Of a DNA stretch of 64,000 nt, positions 9,633 through 19,017 are shown in pieces. This DNA is from an uncultured Bacteriovoracaceae bacterium (lineage in GTDB: Bacteria; Bdellovibrionota; UBA2394), in NCBI GenBank assembly GCA_964626465.1, contig CAZVFP010000007.1, positions 953-64,952 of the forward strand, read 5' to 3'. The translations under genes and the position numbers were made by a program. Positions within the stretch are counted from its first letter, which is position 1. Each line of letters begins with the position of its first letter. Under the pieces are notes generated by a model. That model was not told the DNA's origin. It did not search any database and saw only the letters and a program-made list of their open reading frames with translations.

Positions 9633-10734
9633 AGCAGGTTCAGGCAAAACAGATCAGAATGCCGCCAATAAAATTGAACGAATGGCCGGCGATATTTATA
9701 AAAAATCGTTGTCGGGTCAAAAACCACAACTCAAAATGCCGATCCGTTCGTTAGGTAACGTGAAGTATGAAAAAAAATCCGGATACCTCGCGCTTTCGAA
9801 TCAGTATAAAACGCGAACGCTGACTTACAATACAGTGAAGGGTTTTGCTCAGACGCTGAAGATGATGTCAGCGTCAAAAGAGTTAATTGAAACGAATGAC
9901 CACGCTTCGAAGCGGGAAATGTACTATATTTCAAAGAACTGGGGGCCGGCGCGTTTTGATGAGCAGCCAGAGAGTGACACGGTCATGGATGATATTGAAG
10001 CCATGATGTGTGTGAATCGCGAGCAACTCAGATTTTTGCCTGAAGAAAAAGGTGGGGAAGTGGCCGGTCAGTTAGTGGTTGTTGATCGTGATCGGGATAC
10101 TGGAAAGACTTTAAAAATCGATTGTACGGGTTTCGGGTCTGGCGCGTATTCTATTCCTAGCTCAGTTGAACATTTGGATTTTCAGACCAAGGCCAAGTTC
10201 ATTCTTTGTATTGAAACGGCCGGTATGTTTCAGCGTCTCGTTGCCCATAATTATTGGAAGAAGGCCAATTGCATTTTGATTTCGATGGGAGGAGTTCCGA
10301 CAAGGGCGACTCGTCGATTTGTGCGGCGACTTGCCGATCGAATAAAAATACCGGTTTATACATTTGTTGACGGCGACCCTTACGGGATTGCCAATATTTA
10401 TCGTACCTTGAAGGTTGGATCAGGAAATGCAGCTCATATTAATGAGTTTTTCTGTGTGCCGACGGCGACATTTATGGGGATTACTCCTCAGGATATCAAT
10501 GAGTATAAGCTTCCAACACATCCGCTGAAAGATGTGGACATAAAACGGGCAAAAGATGCGATTAAGAACGATCCGTTCTTTCAATATCATAAACCCTGGT
10601 TGCAAGCGATTGAGCAGATGATCAAGTCTGGAGTTCGGGCCGAGCAACAGGCACTTGCCAAGCATGGGCTGAATTATGTGATGGATGAGTATCTTCCGCG
10701 AAAATTAAAACACGCCGATAAATTTTTGCCTTGA
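9625..10734 (+). CDS. top6A: DNA topoisomerase VI subunit A (Spo11-like; CAP + Toprim)
   Basis: REMYYISKNWG (catalytic Tyr region), Toprim ILCIETAGMF and VDGDPYGIANIYRTLKVGS. Its start overlaps the top6B stop (ATGGCTAA). Confidence 0.85.
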   Translation: MAKAGSGKTDQNAANKIERMAGDIYKKSLSGQKPQLKMPIRSLGNVKYEKKSGYLALSNQYKTRTLTYNTVKGFAQTLKMMSASKELIETNDHASKREMYYISKNWGPARFDEQPESDTVMDDIEAMMCVNREQLRFLPEEKGGEVAGQLVVVDRDRDTGKTLKIDCTGFGSGAYSIPSSVEHLDFQTKAKFILCIETAGMFQRLVAHNYWKKANCILISMGGVPTRATRRFVRRLADRIKIPVYTFVDGDPYGIANIYRTLKVGSGNAAHINEFFCVPTATFMGITPQDINEYKLPTHPLKDVDIKRAKDAIKNDPFFQYHKPWLQAIEQMIKSGVRAEQQALAKHGLNYVMDEYLPRKLKHADKFLP

Positions 10735-10760
10735 TTTAAGCCGGAGAAAAAAAATCAAGG
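10728..10760. terminator. candidate bidirectional hairpin between convergent genes
   Basis: Perfect 9-bp inverted repeat CCTTGATTT (10729-10737) / AAATCAAGG (10752-10760) with a 14-nt A-rich loop. It spans the top6A stop and sits 6 nt before the stop of the convergent gene. Confidence 0.25.
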
Positions 10761-10765
10761 GGGCA

Positions 10766-11797
10766 CTATTGCCTGAGCACGTTCTGGGTGAGCTGTCGCA
10801 TTAACAGCCCGCCAGCCAGGACTCCACCCAGCAGCCTATCGATGACTGCAGCGCCAATTCTGAGGTGGCGGCGTTTGGCATGTCTTTCGGAGAATATTTT
10901 ATGAAAGCGCATGCTTTCATTTTTTGAAAAAGGGGGGCCGAGATCCAAAACATCTTCGATTGAAGAAATCAGTGATGGATCACTTGAGTTTCTGTGGAGG
11001 CCCAGGAGCTTTTGGATAAAAACTCGCCGATCACTCGAAGTTTTTGGCACCTCAACAACTTTTGAAAGGGGAGACTCGTCAGAAATTCGTGATTCAAACG
11101 GCAGAGACTCAATTAACTTTTCAAGGAGTGTCAGAATTAATTCGTTAGTCTGAGCGGGATCTATTCCTAGCTCCTGAGCTTTCTTTGAAGCCTCGCTCTT
11201 TATTTCTGCAAAGACGCCGGTCGAAGAAGAAAGCTCAGCAGCGTATTTTTGATCCATTCGTTTTGGTAAACGCAAAAAAGCAAAATCCCGAAAAACCTGT
11301 AATCCAGTATATGTAATGCCGCAAAATCCGAACGCCGTGCCAATTTCTGCCCCATCGATATGGCATCCTTTTGCGGCTGCTGCCGCTTTCCAGGCCAGAA
11401 TAAGAATGAGGAAGTTAACGAATGTATTTGTTCCAGATCGGAGCCAAAATTCTGCTTTCACACTCAATCGGCTTCGCATCTGTTCAGGAACTTTCACGAG
11501 GGCAATTTGCTGGCCAATGAAGGTCATCGTCATATCGATCGCTGAATTCACAAGAAAATCTGAATTGAAGCTGGCCCCACCTTTCGCAGCTCTCAAAGAT
11601 TCTGCAGCTGCTAAGATTCCTGCGTTACCAGCGAGAATGGAAAGTGTTGATCCATGATGAAAATCCCAATCTTCTTTTTGGCTCGTAGCAATTCTAGCGA
11701 CAAGAGGTGGACATTCACCATCTGCCAAACAAAATCTTGCGCCAAACGCAACAGCAAGAATGACAAGGATAAAATGAGAATGGAATCTGAGACTCAC
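10766..11797 (-). CDS. hypothetical secreted protein
   Basis: N-terminal signal-like segment (HFILVILAVAFGARFCLA). The 343-aa product has no recognised domain. Internal + strand ORFs are shadows. Confidence 0.45.
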   Translation of the reverse strand: MSLRFHSHFILVILAVAFGARFCLADGECPPLVARIATSQKEDWDFHHGSTLSILAGNAGILAAAESLRAAKGGASFNSDFLVNSAIDMTMTFIGQQIALVKVPEQMRSRLSVKAEFWLRSGTNTFVNFLILILAWKAAAAAKGCHIDGAEIGTAFGFCGITYTGLQVFRDFAFLRLPKRMDQKYAAELSSSTGVFAEIKSEASKKAQELGIDPAQTNELILTLLEKLIESLPFESRISDESPLSKVVEVPKTSSDRRVFIQKLLGLHRNSSDPSLISSIEDVLDLGPPFSKNESMRFHKIFSERHAKRRHLRIGAAVIDRLLGGVLAGGLLMRQLTQNVLRQ

Positions 11798-12003
11798 GAA
11801 ACACCCGCTCCGAGAGGAGATCTAATCAAAATTTGTAACGACCTGCAATATTTATGATATATGTTTGGCTTACGCTATGGCGATGTCGCCAACCGCCCAT
11901 CTGCTTCGTTGCCATCGGCACTCCGCGCCTCAAGGGTGCTTTATTGTCGGACTTATTGTCTTTCGTCTTGTTCCTCGCTCTCAGCCAAGTTAGAGTTCCC
12001 GAA

Positions 12004-14280
12004 ATGTCTTTTCCATTTTTAGATGCTCATAGATCTGAACTCAATCCAGCTCAGTTGGATGCTGTATCCACAACTGACGGTCCGGTATTGATCTTGGCGG
12101 GCGCGGGATCTGGAAAAACACGAGTTCTGACCTACCGAATTGCCCATCTTGTCTATGACCATCGTGTTCCGCTCTCTGCAGTTCTTGCGATGACTTTCTC
12201 GAACAAGGCGGCAAGAGAGATGCATGATCGAGTCAAAAAGTTATTGAATGATGAATCGCCGCTTCGCTTTCCGTGGATCTCAACTTTCCATTCAGTTTCT
12301 GCACGTGTTTTGAGAATGCATGGAGCTCGTCTTGGATATAAGCCGGATTTTGTGATTTACGATGAGGCTGATCAACTGGGGTTGATCAAAGATGCTCTTT
12401 CGGAGCTCAATATTTCGGATAAAGAAGTCTCTCCTGATGCTGCTTTACGACGAATTAGTTCTTGGAAAGAACAGGGTTTGACAATTGTCGATGCGGCGGG
12501 ATTTGCGAACACATGGCTCGATGAGAAAATTGTGAAGATCTACGAAAAATATACTGCGAATTTGAAATCAGCGCAGGCAATGGACTTCGATGATCTACTT
12601 CTAAATTTTTATTTGCTCCTCAGAAACCACGATGACATTCGTTTGATGCTGCAGAATCAGTGGCAGTATGTGTTGGTTGATGAATTTCAGGATACCAATG
12701 AGATTCAGTATCGGATTCTCAAAAATCTTTTAGGACCCAAAAAGAACCTTTGCGTTGTCGGAGACGATGATCAAAGTATTTACGGCTGGCGTGGTGCAAA
12801 AATTGAAAATATTTTGCACTTTGATAAAGAGCTGGCACCTTGCCATGTTGTCAAATTGGAACAGAACTATCGGTCGACCGGAAATATTCTAAAGGCTGCG
12901 ATGTCTGTGATTTCTAAGAATGAAATGCGCCATGAGAAAGAGCTGTGGACGAAGGCAGCGGCAGGTGAAAAAATTCTGTTGAAATCTCTGACGGATGATC
13001 GAGATGAGGCTCGTTTCATTGTTGATGAAATGAAGCGAAAAATTTCTGCAGGGACGCCGCCGGCGGAAATCGCTGTCTTGTATCGCGTGAACTCGCTGTC
13101 GAGAGGTTTTGAAGAGGAATGTCTTCGCTCTCGAATCAAATATCGAATTGTTGGTGGATTTCGATTTTATGAGCGAAAAGAAATTAAAGATATTCTTGGC
13201 TACTTGCGAATCATTTTGAATCCTGCAGATATTATGTCTTTTAGACGAACGATCAATACGCCTGGTCGAGGCATTGGCAAGGTGTCGGTCGACAAGGCGG
13301 AAGTGGCTGCACTTGAAGCGGGCGTTTCTATTGGTGATTGGATCTGTCGTCCCGAAGCAAGTTTGGGCACGGCGAAGGCCCGCGAGGGTTTTGAGATATA
13401 TAAATCTGTGATGAAATGGGGTCGTGAAATTTTAGATACAGACCATAGTCTTGCAGATGTCTTCGTCGAGATTATTCGGCGCATCTCTTATATGGAGATG
13501 TTAGAGGCAGACAAGGACGAAGCCGCGCGTGACCGCGTAGAAAATATTCGAGAACTTCTTTCGGCAGTCCAGGATTTTGAAGAGAACTGGTCGTTAACTG
13601 CACAAGAAAGAGATGGGGTTGATAGCTCGATTTTGCGTGAGAAGGTCAGGGCATTTTTAGAGCATGTGTCGCTGATGGCTGACATTGATGGGCTCGACGA
13701 CGATGAAGATAAGGTCACCTTTATGAGTCTTCATGCTGCGAAGGGATTGGAATTCGATATTTGTTTCTTGGCTGGAATGGAAGATGGTTTGTTACCTTCC
13801 TCACGCTCGTTTGATTCATACGAAAAGACTGAAGAAGAGCGGCGTTTGTGCTATGTGGGCATGACGCGAGCAAAAAAACGACTCTATTTGACGCGGGCCG
13901 AGCGACGGCGCGTTTTTGGTTCAATCAATTTTTGTCTGCCCAGCCGATTTTTGAAAGATTTGCCAGACTCAGTTTTGGAACAGACCTATGAGGCTCGTGA
14001 CGTCGAGGAAAATTCTTTCTACGGAAGATCGTGGCGGTCCGAAAAGAAGGCGAACGCAAAGGAATGGGACAGCTTCGATTTTGATCAGAGACCGTCAGAT
14101 GAGTCTTTTGATTATGCGCCGAAGGGTTCGTTCACTCGGGGGGACCGTGTTCGGCATCCAAGCTTTGGTGAGGGGATTGTTCAGAAGAGCGAATATCTGG
14201 GATCTGAAGAATGCCTATCAATCGTGTTCCATGGAAGAGGACTCAAGAAGGTGCTCTCAAAGTTTGTTCATCGAGCTTAG
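12004..14280 (+). CDS. uvrD: ATP-dependent DNA helicase, UvrD/PcrA/Rep superfamily 1
   Basis: LILAGAGSGKTRVLTYRIAHL (Walker A, motif I), motif II VLVDEFQDTN, QNYRST and motif VI VGMTRAKKRLYLT. The start is placed at MSFPFLDAHRSELNPAQLDAV (12004), not the upstream ORF-track Met at 11854. Confidence 0.85.
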   Translation: MSFPFLDAHRSELNPAQLDAVSTTDGPVLILAGAGSGKTRVLTYRIAHLVYDHRVPLSAVLAMTFSNKAAREMHDRVKKLLNDESPLRFPWISTFHSVSARVLRMHGARLGYKPDFVIYDEADQLGLIKDALSELNISDKEVSPDAALRRISSWKEQGLTIVDAAGFANTWLDEKIVKIYEKYTANLKSAQAMDFDDLLLNFYLLLRNHDDIRLMLQNQWQYVLVDEFQDTNEIQYRILKNLLGPKKNLCVVGDDDQSIYGWRGAKIENILHFDKELAPCHVVKLEQNYRSTGNILKAAMSVISKNEMRHEKELWTKAAAGEKILLKSLTDDRDEARFIVDEMKRKISAGTPPAEIAVLYRVNSLSRGFEEECLRSRIKYRIVGGFRFYERKEIKDILGYLRIILNPADIMSFRRTINTPGRGIGKVSVDKAEVAALEAGVSIGDWICRPEASLGTAKAREGFEIYKSVMKWGREILDTDHSLADVFVEIIRRISYMEMLEADKDEAARDRVENIRELLSAVQDFEENWSLTAQERDGVDSSILREKVRAFLEHVSLMADIDGLDDDEDKVTFMSLHAAKGLEFDICFLAGMEDGLLPSSRSFDSYEKTEEERRLCYVGMTRAKKRLYLTRAERRRVFGSINFCLPSRFLKDLPDSVLEQTYEARDVEENSFYGRSWRSEKKANAKEWDSFDFDQRPSDESFDYAPKGSFTRGDRVRHPSFGEGIVQKSEYLGSEECLSIVFHGRGLKKVLSKFVHRA

Positions 14281-14313
14281 ATTCTGGTGAGTATAAAAAA
14301 GATTGAATTCGCG

Positions 14314-15060
14314 TTAGATGGTACTCGATCGCCAGTCGAGAAATGCGTCTACGACTCTTGGGTCAAATTGAGTTCCGGCATTTTTCTTCAGCTCGTTTTC
14401 GGCAATTGTGGAGTCGAGTCTGCGGCGATAGGGGCGATCCGACGTCATCGCATCCCAGGTGTCGGCCACTTGGATGATTCGAGCCCCTAGCGGAATTTGG
14501 TCTCCTCTGAGACCGAGTGGATATCCGCTTCCGTCTTGGCGTTCGTGGTGATGTTCAATCAGGGGCAAATGATCTTTCAAAAACGAAAGCGATGATAGAA
14601 TTTGAACGGCCAGTTCAGGATGGGATTTCATGAGTTTGAATTCTTCTTCGGAAAGCCCAGCCGGTTTAAGCAGAATTCGATCGTAGACCCCAATTTTTCC
14701 AATATCGTGGAGCAGGCTAGCATCATGAAGCACTCGAAGATCATGTTCCGAGAGGCCAAGTGTTTTTCCGATACCAATTGAATATCGATTTACGCGTTCA
14801 GAATGGCCTTTCGTATAAGAGTCGCGAGCTTCAAGCGCCTGCACAAGACTTTGAATGGAGCCGATCACATTTCGATCAATTGTAGATGAGGCCACCTGAA
14901 CTTCGTTATAGAGCTGCTCAATCGTGTTCAGCTGAAATCCCTGCTTTTTGATCTGCTTGTTCAGCTTCAGATAATAAATCATTCCAAGAATGATTCCTGA
15001 GGCTGTAGCGCCACCGATGATTCCCATGGTGAGGTGCTCAAAATGCATGGGTGTTAACAT
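14314..15060 (-). CDS. HD-GYP domain c-di-GMP phosphodiesterase with N-terminal transmembrane segment
   Basis: HSERVNRYSIGIG...LLHDIGKIGV...HHERQDGSGYPLGL are the HD and GYP motifs. An N-terminal TM helix precedes them. Confidence 0.8.
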   Translation of the reverse strand: MLTPMHFEHLTMGIIGGATASGIILGMIYYLKLNKQIKKQGFQLNTIEQLYNEVQVASSTIDRNVIGSIQSLVQALEARDSYTKGHSERVNRYSIGIGKTLGLSEHDLRVLHDASLLHDIGKIGVYDRILLKPAGLSEEEFKLMKSHPELAVQILSSLSFLKDHLPLIEHHHERQDGSGYPLGLRGDQIPLGARIIQVADTWDAMTSDRPYRRRLDSTIAENELKKNAGTQFDPRVVDAFLDWRSSTI

Positions 15061-15129
15061 AGCATATTCTTCAATGAGCGGCCCGACCTCCCTCTAATCG
15101 GTTGAATTTATTGAATAAATCAGGGCTAT

Positions 15130-15987
15130 CTATTCCTCGTGGTCAAGATTTTTGAGATTTACCAAGAGCAGTTCGCAGCGAGGAGTTGCTCGGACTCGCG
15201 TATATCGCGCATTTACAAATGGAAGGCTAATGGTGGTCTCACCTTCAGAAGCGAGTGATTGAGCATAGCTTTCAAAGTATTTGCCGAGGTCATTGGCCGA
15301 GTGTGTATCTAACTCTTTTGTTCCTGATTTAATCGTAACAGAACCTGAATATTCAACTGGTTTGCTTGCTACTGCCTTTCGAGTGATCGTCATGAGCCCT
15401 TTTCGACTCGTTCTTTTTTTGCCGCCGCTGTTTCTTGAAGCAGGCTCGAGAATTTTGGCGGCCAGCTCTGCGGGAAGGCTAGTCGCTAGAACCACAGCGC
15501 CAAGATCGTCTGTAGTCCCGCCAACAATAGCCGGAACCGATGAAAGATTGACAGGAACTGACACCGAGTTTTTCTTGCCCACATTCAGTAAGCCGTTTAG
15601 CTCTCCGTCGATCGAAACAATTTTTTCTACGATGGGGCGAAGTTTTGGCGAAGGGTCGCCATTAGCTATGACCTGCTCCTTGCCATCGATAACGAGCGCT
15701 GCGACGACAACATAGTTCGGAAACCTGCCAGTCTCTGGATCAGGGATCTCGGCGCTCAGCCATTTAAGCTGAAGTTGGCCGGAAACCGTATAGGGAGCTC
15801 CCGCCACAGGAGGTTTAATCAGTTTTGCTGCAGCCAGTAATTCTGCAACGACATCAGCCGCCAATGAAAATTCTCTGACCGCATTTTCCGCTTTGAGTTG
15901 TGGTTTAAAGTGAGATTCCGATGGATTGCCCGCAAAAGTTGAGAGCTGGATGGCGAAAAAACTCAAGCAAGCATATAGATATTTCAT
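15130..15987 (-). CDS. hypothetical secreted protein
   Basis: Start placed at MKYLYACLSFFAIQLSTFAG (signal peptide), with GGAGGTC about 9 nt upstream. No recognised domain. Confidence 0.45.
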   Translation of the reverse strand: MKYLYACLSFFAIQLSTFAGNPSESHFKPQLKAENAVREFSLAADVVAELLAAAKLIKPPVAGAPYTVSGQLQLKWLSAEIPDPETGRFPNYVVVAALVIDGKEQVIANGDPSPKLRPIVEKIVSIDGELNGLLNVGKKNSVSVPVNLSSVPAIVGGTTDDLGAVVLATSLPAELAAKILEPASRNSGGKKRTSRKGLMTITRKAVASKPVEYSGSVTIKSGTKELDTHSANDLGKYFESYAQSLASEGETTISLPFVNARYTRVRATPRCELLLVNLKNLDHEE

Positions 15988-16087
15988 ACTAAGACCTCCC
16001 GATGTTATGTAAACCACGCGAATTTTAGGCCAAAAGGTTTATTTAGTTCTAGGAACGGAAAACCCAAATTGAGTACAACAGATTGTC

Positions 16088-16870
16088 ATGACAGAATCGA
16101 CTCATGCCTACGGAAAAAATGTCCATCTCCTCAATGATCCATTCCATCAAAATCTTCTGACTGAATTTTCTCAGGAAGCTGCTCAGGCGCCCCGGATTTT
16201 TGACTTAGCTCGAGGCCTGTCGCGTTATTTGACCATTGAGGCGATGAATTTATGCTTTCCACAGGTTGAAAAAAAGATATCCACGAGAATGATCACTCAA
16301 CATCCGGAAGCGGCCTTTGTCACAAAAGTTTTTGATCGTGGATTAAAGGTCGTCGTGGTCGATCTGATGCGAGCTGGAATTTTGCCCTCGCAAACGGCAT
16401 ATGAAACATTAGTTCAAGTCTTGGATCCTAAAAATATCAGACAAGATCATCTGCTTCTTAATCGTGAGACAGATGATAAAGGGCAGGTGACGGGAACCAA
16501 AATCTCTGGACACAAAATTGGCGGTGGCGTCGATAAAAGTTTCGTAATTATCGCGGATCCAATGGGGGCAACAGGCTCGACGCTTTCAGCGACGATCGAC
16601 CTGTATAAGGGGCTCGCAAAAAACAAGAAAAGTATTAAATTTATTGCGCTTCATTTCATTGTGACCCCTGAATTTTTAAGGCGAGTTTCTGAATACTCTG
16701 ATTGTTTGGAAATCTTTTCACTTCGGCTTGATCGTGGGCTGAGTCCAAAATCTGTCTTGAAAACGATTCCGGGAGAGCGATGGAGTTCTGAAAAGGGTTT
16801 AAACGATCTTGATTATATTGTACCGGGAGCGGGCGGGATTGGCGAATTACTTAACAATTCGTTTGTTTGA
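16088..16870 (+). CDS. upp: uracil phosphoribosyltransferase family protein (long form)
   Basis: VVVVDLMRAGIL, IIADPMGATGSTL (PRPP loop) and YIVPGAGGIGELL match the Upp motif order. The product is about 50 aa longer than canonical Upp. Confidence 0.65.
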   Translation: MTESTHAYGKNVHLLNDPFHQNLLTEFSQEAAQAPRIFDLARGLSRYLTIEAMNLCFPQVEKKISTRMITQHPEAAFVTKVFDRGLKVVVVDLMRAGILPSQTAYETLVQVLDPKNIRQDHLLLNRETDDKGQVTGTKISGHKIGGGVDKSFVIIADPMGATGSTLSATIDLYKGLAKNKKSIKFIALHFIVTPEFLRRVSEYSDCLEIFSLRLDRGLSPKSVLKTIPGERWSSEKGLNDLDYIVPGAGGIGELLNNSFV

Positions 16871-17412
16871 AGGCTGTTATGAAAAATAAATTTCCAATAT
16901 TGATTTCGGAAGAGCAGATAAAAAAACGAGTTGCAGAACTCGGAAAGAAAATTTCATCGGATTACGTCAACAAACTCGACAAGCCGCTGGTGGTGATTGG
17001 AGTGTTGAAAGGGAGTTTTGTCTTTTTGGCGGATCTCGTTCGATCTCTCGAGGTTTCTTGTGAAATTGAGTTTATCGAAGTGAGCTCCTACGGCGCTGGA
17101 ACTTCATCTTCTGGTCGCGTGAAGTTGAAGCGAGAACCGTCTTTGCATTTGGCCGATCGCCATGTCTTGATTGTAGAAGATATCATCGATACCGGGCATA
17201 CTTTTGAATTTCTCGAAGACTATTTTGTTGGAAAGCATCTCGCGTCGTTTCGGACCTGTGCATTTTTAGATAAACCGTCGCGCCGTCAAGTAGAGATGAA
17301 GGTCGATTATAGTGGCTTTGAGATAGATGACCATTTCGTCGTTGGGTATGGACTAGATTTGGATGGGCGCTATCGAGAAATCTCTTCAGTTGTGATTTAT
17401 CAACAAAGCTAA
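16867..17412 (+). CDS. hpt: hypoxanthine(-guanine) phosphoribosyltransferase
   Basis: VLIVEDIIDTGHTF is the PRPP-binding motif. The 181-aa size fits, and the gene overlaps upp by 4 nt. Confidence 0.85.
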   Translation: MKAVMKNKFPILISEEQIKKRVAELGKKISSDYVNKLDKPLVVIGVLKGSFVFLADLVRSLEVSCEIEFIEVSSYGAGTSSSGRVKLKREPSLHLADRHVLIVEDIIDTGHTFEFLEDYFVGKHLASFRTCAFLDKPSRRQVEMKVDYSGFEIDDHFVVGYGLDLDGRYREISSVVIYQQS

Positions 17413-17498
17413 AGCCAAGGGGTCGTTTTCGAGTTATTCTCGCAGCGTTGGATAATTTGAGAGATTACAGGACAAGAGACAATTGAGAGGTGCTGGCT

Positions 17499-17885
17499 AT
17501 GAGTTTGAAACTTGAAATCGTGACATCTGACAATGCTCCGAAGGCGATTGGCCCATATTCACAGGCGGTGCGTGCCGGGGATTTTATTTTTTGCTCAGGC
17601 CAGATTCCGTTGGATCCGAAGACTCAATCTTTGGTGACAGGCGATATTAAGATCCAGACAGAGCGCGTGTGCCTAAATTTACTGGGAGTTTTGTCAGCCC
17701 AGGGCTTGGATTTTTCTAGAGTTGTTAAAACAACTTGTTACCTAAAAGACATGAATCAGTTTGCATCCTTTAATGAGATTTACGAAAAGTTTTTTGGTGC
17801 TGCAAAGCCTGCTCGCGCCACTGTAGAAGTGGCTCGACTTCCTAAAGATGTTCTTGTTGAAATTGAATTGGTGGCGGCCTTCTAG
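17499..17885 (+). CDS. ridA: RidA/YjgF/TdcF family reactive-intermediate deaminase
   Basis: APKAIGPYSQAVRAGDFIFCSGQIPLDP...ARATVEVARLPKDVLVEIE. The ATG at 17499 is preceded by GAGGTG; the ORF-track GTG at 17490 lies inside that SD. Confidence 0.85.
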   Translation: MSLKLEIVTSDNAPKAIGPYSQAVRAGDFIFCSGQIPLDPKTQSLVTGDIKIQTERVCLNLLGVLSAQGLDFSRVVKTTCYLKDMNQFASFNEIYEKFFGAAKPARATVEVARLPKDVLVEIELVAAF

Positions 17886-17887
17886 TT

Positions 17888-19009
17888 ATGTCGATCTCTG
17901 GTCTTTTGAGTACAATGAATCTAGCCGAGCTTCTTCAGTGGGTGAAGTTTGGGCGTAAGACGGGGATGATAGTCTTTGAAAGAAAAGGAATCGTCAAAAA
18001 GGTTTTTCTTCAGGATGGACTTGTTGTTTCTGCAAGCTCAAATGATCCGAAGGAATACTTAGGGCAGGTTCTTATATTCTTCGGTTTTATCACAGAAGAT
18101 CAGTTGAGGTCGGCTTTTGAAATGCAGTCGACAAGTAAGAAGCTGTTAGGGCGAATCTTAGTTGAGAATTATGGAGTCAAGGAAGCCGAGATTCTGCGGG
18201 GCTTGAGAGTGAAGATCGAAGAAACTGTCTATGACCTTTTTCTGTGGACTGACGGTAAATTCATTTACACCGATGGGATCCCTGAAATTTCAAAGCACGA
18301 TAAACTTGATTCGCCGATTACGATTGACCATGTGATTTTTGAAGGTGCTCGTCGTGTCGATGAGTGGCGTCAATTTAAGAAAGAATTTCCTCATGACGAT
18401 ATTGTTTTTAAGCCCACTTCTGAGGCTCCAGACTTTGGAGATCTGAAAGACGATTGGTTTGTCAGAAAAATCTATTCTGCAATGGATGGAACTAAATCGG
18501 TTCGTCGCGTTCTATTGGAAACGCGTGCTCCGGAATATCGTGGGGTTGAAGCTATTGCCAAACTTTATTGGGCAAAAATCATTGGGCCGACAAAGATTTT
18601 TGCAGATGCAGCGGGGATAAACGGTCAGCAGTCCGACTCGTTACTGCAGAGTGCCATCGATTTTTTCAAAAATAGAGAATTTGAGAGAGCTTACGACTTG
18701 ATCGAGAAGTTTGTTCTTGAAGACCCGAACCATCAGGAAGGGCAGACCTTATTTGGAGTTGTACGAGAAGCGTATTTGAAACAACTCTACGAAAAATGTC
18801 CGCAAGATGCTGTTCCTCAGATTGCAGTCGATTTTAGTGTTTTGAACGAAAAGATTTTTACTTCCCTTGAGGGCTTTTTGGCTTCACGTATTAACGGTCA
18901 TTGGGATATTAAGAGTTTGATGATGATCTCGCCAGTTCCAGATGTTGAATCGCTCAGAATATTGAAGCGATTCTTGGATGAGGGGCTCATCCGAATTAAG
19001 ACAAATTGA
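17888..19009 (+). CDS. DUF4388 (PATAN-like) domain protein
   Basis: N-terminal [48 protein letters not shown] is the DUF4388 signature. Its stop overlaps the asnS start region. Confidence 0.6.
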   Translation: MSISGLLSTMNLAELLQWVKFGRKTGMIVFERKGIVKKVFLQDGLVVSASSNDPKEYLGQVLIFFGFITEDQLRSAFEMQSTSKKLLGRILVENYGVKEAEILRGLRVKIEETVYDLFLWTDGKFIYTDGIPEISKHDKLDSPITIDHVIFEGARRVDEWRQFKKEFPHDDIVFKPTSEAPDFGDLKDDWFVRKIYSAMDGTKSVRRVLLETRAPEYRGVEAIAKLYWAKIIGPTKIFADAAGINGQQSDSLLQSAIDFFKNREFERAYDLIEKFVLEDPNHQEGQTLFGVVREAYLKQLYEKCPQDAVPQIAVDFSVLNEKIFTSLEGFLASRINGHWDIKSLMMISPVPDVESLRILKRFLDEGLIRIKTN

Positions 19010-19017
19010 GGTGTGAA

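Noticed and set aside
11854-12003. Upstream extension of the helicase ORF (MIYVWLTLWRCRQPPICF...)
   Set aside because: This 50-codon leader is hydrophobic and low-complexity, with no homology to UvrD/PcrA N-termini, which begin just before the Walker A. A good Met (MSFPFLDAHRS) at 12004 fits the family.
2150-15715. Numerous 60-150 aa ORFs antisense to or out of frame within long genes (for example 2150..2422, 3086..3298, 7763..8209, 12867..13139, 13200..13484, 15281..15715)
   Set aside because: Each is fully embedded in a longer ORF that has strong family-level motif support. They are typical shadow ORFs of moderately GC-balanced coding DNA.
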